DNA of 63,275 nt, filler included, from Phoronis australis (GCA_002633005.1; 7 parts of 7 records of this genome joined end to end with filler, not necessarily neighbours in it), one strand, 5' to 3'; numbered from the whole stretch's first letter, positions 25,201-38,611 are shown. Numbers and translations: made by a program. The notes: generated by a model not told the origin, from the letters alone.

Positions 25201-28200
25201 CAGTTTTTGGCAAAAAGTAGGAAAAAAGTAGGACACGGTTACAAAAAAGTAAAAAAGTAGGATCTCTAAAGTGAAAAATAGGAAAATGAAGATACAAGGC
25301 GAGGCATTCAGGAATAGTTTTCAATGATATTTAGCAACTACGTTCACCGTATGACACACGGAGTAGTTACATATATCATTAGCTGGAGAACCATCGGGAC
25401 TTCATTCACACTTTCGAAGTGCTGTAGTGGGGCGCAGGCGCACGTAGGCACAGCCAACCACATTTTAGCTTTTTAACATAGCGCCTACTCACCGTAAGTT
25501 ACGGCTTAGTGGGGCGTAAGCGCACACGCGTAGCCTCAGCCAACTAGCTTTTAGCTTTTCAATGTAGCACCTACCCACCGTAAGTTACGGCATAGTGGTG
25601 TATAACTGCACGCACGTTGTTGCACCCAACCACCTTTTTACATGTTGATGTGGCGTGTACACGCCAAAAATGACGGTATAGTGGGGCGTACGCAGACGAC
25701 ACTATTGTAATCTAATATTTAGGCGTGGGGGACCACCAGGCATACAATTATGTTCTCTGAGAAATGGAATTTTTATTGATGATGTAAGATAAAGAAAAAG
25801 TTATGTTGTCCCATTTTAGGTGGATAAGGGGTGCTGGCGAAGTGCCCCGAGGACAAATTCAACGGGCAAATGCAAATAGCAGCCAACGTATAGTTTCTGG
25901 GCGTTACAGTCCTATTTTCCTTGATAATTGGGTTTGAGTCAAAAAGTAGGCTTTGCGACTTCAATGCACTTTGAAATTCAGCGCTCATGGCAATACCACT
26001 ACAGCACTGCACTTTTGACTGCAAAAAGTTAAAGTGCGTAACCCTTGTGTAAACCCCCTACTATAGAAGCAAAGGGCATCTTAAGTTGCACAATCCTCTA
26101 CTTTGGTCCCAGGCGGGTTTGGGCAAAAGCGGACCCAAAATACCATTTCATCAAAATTCCCTGTGCAACACCCGTTTCAAGTTTATTTCATTCAAATCAA
26201 CATCCAAATGGTACAACTTTAGAAGTGAAAATGACTAGAGGTATTAATTAAGACGCCTACTAGTTATAACAGCCAACCAACGGTTTATTTCAACTTTTAA
26301 GTGCATGAAACGTTTTACTAAAAGCTATGTTACTAACTGCAGACACCATATTCCTGGGGATAGCAGACAAGACAGGGGTGTTTGGAACGCAATGGATAAC
26401 GAGACTCCCAAAAACGAACTTGCAAAAAAAGGAATGCGACAATTGTGATTACTACATATAAAGCATATTATTACAAATAAAAAAACAGTGCAACAAAAAT
26501 GAAAGAATACTCAAGTTACGATACATCTTGGGGAAACTAAAGAATATGGCTTCAAATTAAAACTAAACTGATTGAAGCATAACTAGTGGCAACAAATGAA
26601 AGTAAGTGGGATTGTGATACATGGCACAGTTGTTTCATATAATAAAACCGCAGTTCGAATGGAAATACTAATTATTCACTAAGCAGTTGCTTAACTGCAA
26701 ACATCTAAGACGTCCTCATTCTAACCGTCACGTGATTCCAATTCCATTAAAGTTAAAGTAGCATGATCTTCGTCTACGTCAATTTCAATATCAATATCAA
26801 TATCATCATCTCTCAGCATTGCCACCATTGTCATATGACTTGATTCTCTGGAATGAGCGAACAGTGGCATATGTTCTCCACTGAACCAAATGCAGTATTC
26901 GCCGTCAACATTCTCTCATCCACTGGTAGGTGTTTTGTTCAAGATCTGAAGAGCGCTACCAAATAGCTTATAAGTAAATGAACTTCTATCTACATGATGT
27001 ACTAGGACAGCTACTCACAATAGAACACTGCTGCCGTCAATGCTTTCACGCTTCTCAAATGAGTGTTTAGCATTGACTTTCGTTTGCAGGTTTTGTCCAC
27101 CATATTGAACCGCTGCTTGGTGGATGATTTCCTATGCTGAAGAAATGCTCTCTGGAACTCATCACCTTTCACCATGCTTGCATATGGTCACTTCTTTCCT
27201 TTCCTTACAAACGCACAGGTATTGTTACAGTGATGACTTGTTGGCCGAGGAGTGCACCACCCATAGATTGGAAACCTTAGTAACGTTTAAGTAACGCAGA
27301 ATGCCTTGTCTTCTAGTTACAGCCTCCATCCACAACATGGTTGCAACTTAATGGACACGGTGTAGGAGACAAACTAGGATGTCTGTGTTAGAAATTCTTA
27401 CGATGATGTTGCCAGATGTGGACTTGTCCGCCTCAATCATATGAAGAATGACTCTGGTGTTGGCTTCAGAGTGATTACAAGTTAGAGCTTGAACTGATTC
27501 CCTGCAAACATTTACTTCTCTATCTCCAACAAAGTACCAAGTGCACTCTGTCCATTACCCCAAATGCACTTCCCTTCCATCTAGACGAAGACTTTAAAAC
27601 TTGCTTGACCAACCCTTATTGGAAAAGGCAGGTAGCTCTCATTTCAACGACCCCCTCTTGATATGTTTTTTTGAAGCCAGAGTTCTGTTCAGGTCCTTCT
27701 ATAACAAGTTCCCTTTCATACTACAGGGTTAAAACCCTAATATTAAGTTCTTAAGTTGTGGATATGGTATCCAAGGTTACTAAACTATCTTTTGGGAAAA
27801 GAACATTTGTTGTACTTTAACGTTTAAAATGGAAGTGTCAAACAAATTCTTTATCTCTGTGATTGCTTGTTCAAATTATTTAGCAAACATTATGTAGTGA
27901 CCATGTGAAAATGATGTACTTTGAAAATTGTTTTAGGAATAAGTTTGGTCGAAGATGTTCCCCCGTAGATCACTCAACCGTGTCCAGTACCAATGTTTTG
28001 TTGGGGAATATCAGTCCATGATGAAGTTTATGTGAGTCCCCAAGTTATGTCATTTGTGCAAGGGTCGTTTTCACATGTACAAGTTGTAAATGAATAAAAC
28101 GCAAATAGCCTTGTAGTCTAGTTCCTGCTATACAGTAGCATTGTTTGGAGCATGCAAATACATAAATTGTTGATTGGTCGTTAATAAATAAGCGTCTTAA

Positions 28201-31200
28201 TTAATAACAGAATATGTTTTTGTGTGTTAAGTTGTTTCTTGTTTATTTCAAATAAAGTTTTATGCATAGCAGAAATAAAAAAATGTATTATTTCTTCTTT
28301 TATGCAAGTTCATTTTTGGAGGTCTTGTTATATCTATGGTTCAAAAACCCCATCTAATTGATCGTTAATCAGTGGGCATCTTAATCAATAACACATGCAT
28401 TTTCATGTCTTAAGTTGCATGACTTTAATTTGAGTGGTGAAATAAAAAGTCTTGAAAGGGATATGGCACTTAAAATTTTATTTAAATGAATTTTAGGCCC
28501 TCGTTTGGACCACGGAAGGATCAAACCCCAGAATTCTGAAACTTAAGACGCCCTAAACGCACCTTTCCTTCAACTGTAGATTATGTATCATCGAATTATG
28601 AACTCAAACCTCAGCTGCTGCTGACTCTCGCACTATGCAGTCTTTAGTTTAGCATTGCTAGAGCGAGGAAGTCATTCACTGCTGTTATTGATAAGCTAAA
28701 ACGACTTCTCACTACCACAAAAACATAATTAGATGTAAATTTTAAGCAGTGAGAAAAAGTAGGAAAAAGTAAGAAATGTTAAGAATTTCAGGAAAAAACT
28801 AGGGAAAATAGGAACAGGCCAAAAAGGTAGGAAAAAGTAGGAGATATAGGGACGCTTGAAAACCTGCAAATGCGAAACTATTCCCAAGATGTGACCTTTC
28901 CGGAAATGCCAGGTAAACTTACTGAAGTTTGCAAGTGCAAGCTCTATTTTTAATAAGGAAAAATATTTTTGTAACACTAAGTAGTCACTATTAACTCGAA
29001 ACGTGTCATGCATTAGGACAAATTTTAAGTCAAAATATGAGCATAGGTATTAGACTTGCATGAGTACAGTCAGTATTACAACATGTCACACTTGCAACAC
29101 AACAGGCCAGGACATGCATAAGTCTATTAAAGAGCATAGGTATTAGACTAGGATGAGTACAGTCAGTATTACAACATGTCACACTTCCAACACAGCAGGC
29201 CAGGACATGTATAAGTCTATTAAAGAGCATAGGTAATAGACTAGGATGAGTACAGTCAGTATTACAACATGTCACACTTGCAACACAGCAGGCCAGGACA
29301 TGCATAAGTCTATTAAAGAGCATAGTATACTTTGACACTGTTGACGTAATCATAATTTAAAACCTTATAACGATTTTGAAACATTTGTGACTCATTGTCA
29401 TAATTTAGTTTGGAAAAAATACATGTAAGACTATACTTAGTTTACTGTAATGATTATTGAAAATCACCTTTTCACCATGTGAGAGAACGAAGAAGATGAG
29501 CTGATTATAGTCTTCATTTCTGAGTTTCACTTGCAGGTATTTAAGTATATCACTCATGTTTTCCTTGTTGAAGTCATTGCCACACAAAACGTCGTATCCT
29601 GGTGCATATCCTGTAAACGTTTCCGTAAGCAATTTTTCATCTTTGTCAGAACCTGCAAGATTAGTTGAAGCATCAAATCAAATCAAGGTAATAACTTAAG
29701 GCCACTTTACAACGGTAGTTTTCGATTTGAAATTCTTGAACATATTTCACACTTACCAACATGTGGGCAAACGTATAACATTGTCTCCAGTTACAGAAAC
29801 ATGTAAGTGAGTTGCCATGACAACTCCTGTAATCAAGAAAGTAATGGGGATTATCGTCTATTCAAGTGACAGTACACCCAACACAATGACTCAAAAACAT
29901 CTTTGGTTTGGGGTCTCTACCGTTACAAGATTGACGTCATCCCTTGTTACTAGCTCAATTAAGACATAATTTCAGGGACAAAGACTCAAAATTCGTCACT
30001 TCTCCGAACTAATTTAATTCCAAGTGCAGTCATGACCTCGATCATTAAAGGCTGTGATCGGTTTGAAGCAATAAAGAACCAATACTCGTTGTTTCGAAGA
30101 CCTGTTTCATAACTGCAAGCAACCTATATGACAGGATTTTGACAGAGAGCCGCTCTTAACTGCTGCATTCATGGCATGATGCCCTTTATAGTTAACCCAA
30201 GCCCTTCAATTTCCACGAAAGCAGCTAAAAATTGAAACAAAATGCTACTAGCAAAACCATACCGTGTCTTCTTAGCCTTTCTCTGTCCTCATCTGTTTCA
30301 GCATCGAAATTAATGTTGTTGACAAGGACAACTAGACCTTTACCGGTTCTTGGATACACGCCTTTAACATAAAAGATACACACATGATTGTGTGAATTAC
30401 TGAAAAGCATGAGGGTGTTACATGTTCGCGCTATGGGATGCAATAGCGGAGTTGCAACGCCGTCATGTTGGAAATGGGTTAGAATGTTGCACTGTGGTTA
30501 ATGAGGTATTCTTCAGTAAACAAGTATGTCGGCAAGCGTGGGGTCGTACCGGCCACAGGGAGGTTATGCGTGTTGTGTGCCTGGCTGCTATAATACCCGC
30601 AGGAGGGTGTTGCATGTTCACACTATGGGATACAATTGCAGCGTATTGCGTGTCTAATGAAGGCATACACTGGGTGGTGAGTGAATTTGGTTTGATTTAG
30701 GGTCATTCCATGGATCAAGGCAGAGCATGTATTCAACAGTACCATTATAAAAGCAAAGTTATACCAGAAAAATGATCAAAGATTACGAGTTTGAGAAGGG
30801 ATACCCCATCTGCCATTTCCCTGCAATTTTCAATTGGAATTCCACATACAAGCTGCTTGAAAAGTGTAACTTCCATATTGGTGCTCTCTAGAGTTATGGG
30901 AGCGAGGGAGGAATTTGTGCTTGATCCTTTCACAGAGTGGTGTATAGACATTCAAAATGGTTGATAGTCACACCACTTCTTGTCCCAGTGTACTGCCTCC
31001 CTGGAACTAGTCACACTTTGCCACAATTGCACATGTCTATTGTTTCCCTTTCCCTACAACGGCACAGCGGAAAAAAAGTCACCGAAACAACTAAACTTTG
31101 TACACGGGGTTGGGAAATTTCTGAGCTCTGCATGCAAAGCGTGGTAAACAGGTGCTTTGAATGAATTACACGACAAACCTTCAGTGAAAAATGGCATTCT

Positions 31201-33086
31201 ACCAGGTCGCAAAAAAAGGTTATTTACAGTAGTGGTGTGTGACCTCATGAACTTACCAACCGCCTCAGTTGCTCGGCCTTCAATGGTCTGAAAAGAAATA
31301 TAGAATCTGGTGAGAGGGGGCTTATAAAACCAAGTCTGTCAATGTAAGAGATGAAGTTGTGTATTGAACATATATCTTTCACATCACAAACTATTGCTTT
31401 ACATAAAAGCACAACGTAACTTTGCTGATACTAACTCGTGCAAATTTCATGAACTTTCACTTTTGAATGTGGCTAATTTTGGGAATTGGATTTTACAAAA
31501 ATATTGTAAGGGGATTAGAAACTACCGTCACAGAATCAAAAATGTCATTGGGGGGACCATGAACGTTCTATCCATACGGGAATCAACATGATTCATGCTC
31601 TTGTCAGCAACAACACTCCTGTCAACTTCCATGATGGTCCCATGAACAGTTAGGACAGTACTTGAATGTAATATGAATGACAACTAAGGAGAAAAGCAGT
31701 AATTAGATGGGTCCACAACTCGCCTACAGGTGTCGTCAGCTTCACAGGGAGATATATCACCAATGTCATTAAATTCCCGCAAGGCGTTCACAGCTGCAGC
31801 GGACGGACCAGACCGAAATCACGGCAGTATGCACCCATAAGCGTAAATGTGGGAGCATAAAATGTACAGTAAGAGTGTGTTTAATGTATTGAAATTTGAT
31901 TGACAACAATCTTGGGGCTAAGGGCACTTTACAAATATTTATTACAGATCATTCCAAGGTATGCAAACTTGAAAAAACGACCAGAAATCGTAAACCAAAA
32001 TTACGTCATAACATGAGCAAGTAAGATAATAAATATTTAAATTAAAAGCATTTGTTGATGCTTGCCACATTTTTAACAGCTATCTGAAACTCCGTATAGT
32101 TCCAGCAGTACAATGCTTATTTTTCCCCATTCACTTCTGTAACCAATAGAACATCGCGTACTTTCCCAATGTCCAACGTTTTGATTGGATGAAAATGCAA
32201 TACACAGCGCCGCCTTTTGCCAACTAGTCATACAATGTGAGAGCGTGAGTACCAGCTTTTTCTACACAAATGTGCAACATGACACAGCGGGTCAATTACG
32301 AGCTTCATTAGTAAAGATATATCTATCCACACAGAAAAATGAATATGCCCCCCACCTTAGAGATTGGTAACCGGATGAAAAGACATGATCTAAAGCGTTG
32401 TTTAAAAACTTTGTTTTTCGGATGTAACTCTCGTTTCGACTTCGTTCACGACAGCTGGAGCATGCATTTGATGTTTAAAGAGTCGCATAGGGGAATTTTA
32501 CTGGGCGTAATACATAAACTATTGCAGTTGACGAGTCGAACGCGAAATGAGAAGTCAAAGCTGAATACACACGATTATTTGTGCTATAAAGCAGTCGTTT
32601 AAAATGTTACACGTCTCACTAATGGACTTATTCAGACAAAGCTTTATATAGAGTGCGTACTATATAGATACATGTACATTGGTTGAAGAACCATACCGTG
32701 GTCATGGCAGTGTTAAGAGTTCATTGGTTGAAGAACCACACCGTGGTCATGGCAGTGCTAAGAGTTCTACTTCTAAGGGGTGTGTGAAAATGGAAATTAC
32801 GATGACGATGGAAACCCTACTCGATTAAGAGCAATTGGAGGTCGGTTGTGGGAAATAGGTGACAACACACGACGGGATGCCTAATATTAAGGATTTCCAC
32901 CTAGAGTGGCGTGTCCCAACTTGGTGCATTACTGGGTGAAATTGACTTCGATATTTATGGTGAACACCAATTTACCTGGCGTTTCCTCGTGTGCTCTTGT
33001 GGCTTGTGACCTCGACCAATGACCTCTTGGTCGTCTTGATCGCGGCCTTGCAAATCAACGGACGGAGTTGAAGTTCCCGTTTCAAG
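21969..33086 (-). CDS. Caspase-family (peptidase C14A) gene, spliced, 5' end not identified; exons 32976-33086, 31257-31287, 30263-30361, 29468-29652, 23896-23983, 23257-23412, 21969-22279
   Basis: All seven exons have GT/AG borders with compatible phases. Joined protein has GLVVLVNNINF...RRHGSDKD, FFVLSHGEKDGIVTTDG, KLPKVFMYQSCR, DAHMLTAYATTEGNVSFR...GTPYITTLC, QMPEFKSTLTR. The two 5'-most exons rest on splice and phase logic only. Confidence 0.88.
23257..23412 (-). CDS. Caspase exon with the catalytic Cys (PKVFMYQSCRV) and intersubunit linker
   Basis: TTTCAG acceptor, GTGAG donor, 156 nt, phase 1-1. Confidence 0.9.
23896..23983 (-). CDS. Caspase internal exon (DGIVTTDGHLVPFRDICKYFRGDEVQRMN), missing from the ORF track
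   Basis: CGCAG acceptor, GTACGT donor, phase 0-1. Supplies the expected G-x-x-x-x-D-G segment after SHG. Confidence 0.85.
24657..24840. repeat. Intronic minisatellite, 30-bp unit x6
   Basis: AGCATTGACTTATTGACTGCCTATACATGT repeated almost perfectly. Confidence 0.95.
25189..28866. mobile_element. hAT-like non-autonomous element (CAGG...CCTG, 6-bp TSD CAAATG) carrying nested insertions, in a caspase intron
   Basis: CAAATG|CAGGCTTCCAAGC ... GCTTGAAAACCTG|CAAATG, with AAAAAGTAGG subterminal repeats near both ends. Confidence 0.7.
26860..27700 (-). pseudogene. Highly degenerate XPG/PIN-like nuclease-transposase remnant (Academ-type)
   Basis: Minus-strand translations CNHSEANTRVILHM...IIVRISNTDILV (HEEADT/DTD-like), CNNTCAFVRKGK (GCDT.SAF..KGK-like) and SG*ENVDGEY..WFSGEHMP. 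Lies between inverted motifs AGGGCATCTTAAGTT (~26072) and AACTTAAGACGCCCT (~28540). Confidence 0.55.
29038..29323. repeat. Intronic minisatellite, 93-bp unit x3
   Basis: Direct repeats; these explain the repetitive ORF 29030-29353. Confidence 0.92.
29468..29652 (-). CDS. Caspase exon with the catalytic His (FFVLSHGEK)
   Basis: TTGCAG acceptor, GTGAT donor, phase 1-0. Confidence 0.9.
30263..30361 (-). CDS. Caspase exon, start of p20 (GVYPRTGKGLVVLVNNINF...RRHG)
   Basis: AAG acceptor, GTATG donor, 99 nt, phase 1-1. Confidence 0.85.
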
Positions 33087-34184
33087 CTAAGGAATGCAGA
33101 AAAGGTAACATTAATCGTCAGTACAGAATTGTTTTGTCATTCACTGGCATTCAAACATACTTTACAAACTGTCACTTTTCTCACCACACATTTTATTGGG
33201 AAGGTGAAGCATGATTCTAATGTTAACCTGCCCCAAACAATGAGGCAATATTACCCCGGCTTACTTCATTTTCCTGTGACTGACATCATCTTCAGTTGTC
33301 CGTTTTCCCCTTAGGCAGCATGGAAAATGTGCTGTACATCGGACAAAGATTATCACGTGCACTTACATAAAGAATTGGTGGGGATAATGCGTTTATGAAT
33401 AAACATGACGTGCACATATATATAGAATTGCTGTGGATAATAGGGTTTATGAATGAACAAGACTTGCAATTATATGAATAATTACAGCGATATCTTCAAT
33501 AAGTTTGTGCACAAACAGGGGTTCTCCGATAATTTAAACAAGAATTCGACTAAAATCCGTGCATTATAGTATAACACAACGACGTTTATCAATCTTTACC
33601 TACATGTATAACATGAACGAATATTGGGAAACAGCGGACCACAAACAAGCACTGCTACGCTATCAATGTACAGCCTAAAATAAAACATTAAAAAGCCATG
33701 ATAATTCTTCCATGCATGTCAACCATATTTTGCTCTAACCATAAAAAACATAACAAACCATAACATTGACGAAAACTAGTCCAAATATACACTGTACGTA
33801 CTTGCCTATTAGAGGCTCTTACTGTACATATACTTTGTGTGAGTGTTTCTTTGGTTACTCCATTGGCTCTGTAGAGCAAAACTAATGATATTAGAGTATT
33901 TCGACAAACAAAACTGCCAGCAAAAGCCTAAGCGAAGGTTCAAAAGCTTTATTATGAACATTGGAAAATGCCTATTTTGGCGCTACGCCATAGCATTACA
34001 GAATTGGCAAAATATACCCGTATTGTTGACATATACATTTACATCTACATATACATGTACATATATATGTATGGACTCCATATCGAAAACAGAGCTCCAA
34101 GTTATGCTAACGTTTTCCTATAGAATCTGCAAAATACGTAACAAAACTTAATTCCCGTATCGGTTGACATGTACATAAAAACGT

Positions 34185-34350
34185 ATACACTACACATTGA
34201 ACTCGGAACTCCAAGTGTACTACCAAACGTGTTCACTACATATTGAACTCGGAACTCCAAGTGTACTGCCAAACGTACACACCACATATTGAACTCGGAA
34301 CTCCAAGTGTACTACCAAACGTATACACCACACATTGAACTCGGAAGTCC
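34185..34350. repeat. Minisatellite, ~47-bp unit (ATTGAACTCGGAACTCCAAGTGTACT...), running into the gap
   Basis: About 3.5 direct copies. Confidence 0.88.
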
Positions 34351-34454
34351 NNNNNNNNNNNNNNNNNNNNNNNNNNNNNNNNNNNNNNNNNNNNTTAATT
34401 AATTAANNNNNNNNNNNNNNNNNNNNNNNNNNNNNNNNNNNNNNNNNNNNTTAA

Positions 34455-35377
34455 AGTGTACACAACATGACTCTAGTACCTCAAAATAAATTTTATTATT
34501 ATATCTTACTTGATTTCAGTGCCTTTAGTGCACAGCTCATAAAGAAACACGCAAAAATTGAAAAAAATAATAATTATGTACAACGTCATGGGTTGAACCC
34601 AAGTCGTTTGCCATACCGTTCGGATCAGAGACAAAGTGTCGAGAAGGTTCGTAGAGGGATCAAAAGATGTGTTTCGGAGGCTGCAGCAACAGCAGCCAGG
34701 CGGAAAACGTCTCGGTGTTCCAAAGGACACCAAAGTTGCGCAGAAGTGGCATGACTTCGTGCGCCGAACGAGAGAGTGGGAAGTCATCGTGGACCAAGCG
34801 ATTCGGTCCGGGGCCACTCTGTGTTCTGCCCACTTCGAGGACTCGTGTTTCGACTCCAGTCACAGGAGACGATGAAGGCCTGGTTCAATAAAGGACAATA
34901 TTTATCATTCAGAAACATCAGCTCTTAATTCAGGATCGTCTGTTGGATGACTGGGTTGACTCGCCGAGCCCGAGGCCGCTTCTCTCGCGGGAGGATCCAG
35001 TTTACAAGGCTCAAAGTAGAAAAGTACGCAGCCGGAAGCACATTAAACTTGTTCTCGCTTTCGTGCAACCCCATTTCCTCATCCAGGCCACCATTCTCAT
35101 ACGTTTCTTCATAGTATTCGTTCAATTCTTGCTCATAATCGTGGTCACTTTCAAATTCCCTGGTCTCCGCCATTGTTCAATGCTAGTCACTGATCTCTTG
35201 TGTTCAACCCATGACGTCACATGGCGCGAAATGTGAAAATTGGCAAAATTGAAAGAAAAATCAAAATTTTGAGCTAATTACACAAAATAAACATGGGTTT
35301 AGCTAAATTTTACGTCATACATTTAGTCTGTGGCCACCGGTAATTCAAAATGTGCAAAAATCCATGGTGTGTACTGT
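34455..35377 (+). mobile_element. Mini Kolobok-type element of a different family (THAP on +, KolX-like N-terminus on -), TTAA-flanked
   Basis: TTAA|AGTGTACACAACATG ... CATGGTGTGTACTGT|TTAA imperfect TIRs. + strand CFGGCSN / PKDTKVAQKWHDFVRRTR...LCSAHFEDSCF (THAP, frameshifted). - strand acidic MAETREFESD... then YFEP after a frameshift. Confidence 0.75.
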
Positions 35378-38300
35378 TTAAAAGGTCATATCTGCTTTTT
35401 ATACTCGATGTTAATATTTCTGACTGCGGAGTCCTCTTGGAAATCAATTTCCGGGGTTTACTGTAAAATTATGTAGAGCAAATGTCCAAATTCAGAACAA
35501 GTACTTTATAAAGTCTATCTCAAAAACGTTTTTATCGGACCCACATGAAAATTTCCCTATGATTTCTACACTGTTCTTAAAACTGTTAAGAATTGTTTTT
35601 ACAATGTTCCGCATTCTCAAAATTGACTGTCAAATACGGCTTTTCAGTGATGAATAATCCGGCAATCAGACGTGAAAGTTGCATAAAACCAGAACGATGA
35701 TATGATAATTCAGAAAACTGTAACAGCGTTTTTAAGATTGCATCTTGCGCATTTATATCAAATGAACATTGTTTGATATGAATGAGCGTTTTTGTTTTGT
35801 TGCTGCTTTGATAAAAACTAGTGGTGACGAGCGGTTTCAGGGCTTAGATCGGAAGCGCCGCTGCAGTACGTGCATTGATTAGCCTCGGATCAGCACGTAA
35901 CTGAGAAGTTCAGAATAACATACAAAACACATTGTAAAACTAATTAAAAGGAAAGTAGTTATACTCATACTAAAGTTTTTATGTTATGGTGCAGAGCAGT
36001 CTCGGCTACCATTTTCTTACACACTAGATGTCAACTTCATTCGAAGCTATGACCTTGGCCTTTAGTAAGCAATATTGTTATCACCGTGCCACACGTTCAA
36101 GGACGTTGTTCAGGATTTGGACTTGGGCTAAACAGCTAATTATTCCGTCCCGCATCGAAGGTAAACACCGGTAAAAACTTGTACAATGCCAAATGTTTAG
36201 TGTAAGAATGCCATGTTGTACATACTATGTGCCTGGTCCAATTCCGACGGTCGGTGCTGATGGTACTAGGAAGTGACTTCTGTGCCGTGGGCAGGGCGAA
36301 TAAACAACGCTGTCGCTACTGATCTGACCTGGCATATTCCAACCCTGCTCCCAGGCTCCATTAAAGATCTCAGTTGGTGGTAGTCAAGGGTAACTAACCA
36401 CTGAATAGGTTATGGGTTGAGTAGACCCATTACAGGGTTATCGCCTGTTTGCACACAGCCAAAGGCAATGTAATTTTGCCTGAAACTTTATGCCTAGGCC
36501 TAGGACTATAGTACATAATCTATGCTTAAGCTGAGACTGCCAAGTAGTTCACCGTGGCCATTGACCTTTTTCCAGATAGCCTGAGATGCCATGTAATCAA
36601 AGGATTGTGGGGGCAGTGGTCTTCCAATACAGCACTGCTAATAGACATATAGATAAACGATCTGTAGAAAAATCTTCACTTTTGCAGAATATTTCAAACA
36701 ACTGAAAGTTTAGTTTATCATAGATGCGAGCAAACAGGTAGCAAAAACCAGCTGCCAGGTAGGTCACCCAGCAGGCTATTACCACTTAAATTTCTGGATA
36801 TACTGGGTATCTGTATTAGTGTTACCTGAGATTTGCACACTCTGGTTTTCACTACATCATGAAAAAAGTCAAAATGTGACCCCAGTGTAATTAGTACTAC
36901 TATATCTACTATTAGCGAAGGTCAATCTGGAAGTGGTTTAAGAATTAAATGTAACAGACGTGCAGTGATGCAGTCACATCAACAATGACTAGTTCATGAT
37001 TCTGGTGGTGAATGAAGTGACGATCAAAAGAAATACCTTGATTCTTGAAGTATACGTTTGATACATGTACACTTGAGTTGGAAGGATTTCAAGACATTGT
37101 TGACCTCCTGAGGTGTCCCTTTCAGTAAAGCTTAAGTATTAACCTGCATTTACTGCGATTGTATTAATGAAAGAACTGAGAAAAATCTGCTTATCTCAGT
37201 TTAGGTGGTNNNNNNNNNNNNNNNNNNNNNNNNNNNNNNNNNNNNNNNNNNNNTTAATTAATTAANNNNNNNNNNNNNNNNNNNNNNNNNNNNNNNNNNN
37301 NNNNNNNNNAGGAATTTGAAAGACTTACCATAGACTTAGATCTCGGATGTACCATACACTTAGATCTCGGATGTACCATCTTCCATACAAACATTCTTGT
37401 TTCAGATAAAACGAAGTAAAACTTGCCTCAACTCAAACTGTAAGACGGATGTTCAACCCCAACTCTATTAACACTAAAATCAAAACCTCAGACACTTGTT
37501 TCAGTGGAAGGTCAAGTAACTTAATGGTCATTACATAACAGTATACCAATGTAGGTCACATATGGCACTCTGTAGCAGGGCATTCATAATAACAGTGACA
37601 TCTTTTGGGAGAGACTGCACAGAGTTATATATAGGATGTTGTGATGAAACCAAGTTGTTGAGAGAATACACGTGTAGGCACTGTACATATCAAATATCAG
37701 TTTCTGGTAGGTCTGAAATTGTGGGGCATTATATATACCCCACAATTTTTTGCAACCCCACAGTAAAGGTCTCATATATAAAAATGCCCCGGATCTGTAT
37801 AATTCTCTTAGTATATATATATATATATGTATATATTCACAACTCTTTACCTCTGTGATTCAGGTGTACAAGTACGAATCGTTCTTTCATTGACAGGCAT
37901 TTTGAGGCAAGGGAGGTTGATTTTAGGACATGGCGGTCTCAAAAAATTACAAAAACGCCAGAAAATACCCCCTCTTCAGTCAAACCATTTAAAGAATGTA
38001 GAGCACTATCCACTTACTCCTCTATCACCCTCTAGCGACAATGCGTACGAAAAACAGGTTTAAATCTATTGTTGTTGTATTTAAGAATGGTTGCTTAAAC
38101 ATCTACATTTACAACATGTCCTTGCGTTTGTTTATGGTTGATTCACTCAGCCGCGGCAACCGGCTCAGGCATGTGGGCTGCGATCCGTTGACTCAAGAAT
38201 GTCTCTAGTTAGTGTGGTCTCGTGATTTGTTTGTAATGCAAAATCTTGCGTTCTTGTAAGATTGTTATGTCTACGGAAAGCACTCCTGATTGGCCTGCAA

Positions 38301-38389
38301 ACCAGAAATCGAAAACGAGAACCAATCAAATGCCTTAGCTGGTTGAATCAAGTGCAGCCTATGAAAAGACATTATATTGTGTGTGGCAG

Positions 38390-38611
38390 GTGGACGTGAC
38401 TCTGGGTCTGGAGGAAACGGATTCTTTAGGAGGAATGCCAGGAAAATTGCTATTGCTGCTGGTGTTTTGGTAGGAGCTCCAATAGCTGTGGTAGGAGCCC
38501 CTCTGGTGCTAGGTGCTGCAGGATTTGCATCTGGAGGGATTGCTGCGGGATCAATGGCAGCTTCGATGATGTCGTCAGCTGCTATCGCCAACGGAGGAGG
38601 CATCGCCGCTG
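38390..38611 (+). CDS. IFI27-like: Internal exon of an IFI27/IFI6 (ISG12/FAM14) family small hydrophobic protein
   Basis: APLVLGAAGFASGGIAAGSMAASMMSSAAIANGGGIAAG is the ISG12 motif. GGCAG acceptor, GTAAG donor, 222 nt. Confidence 0.9.
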
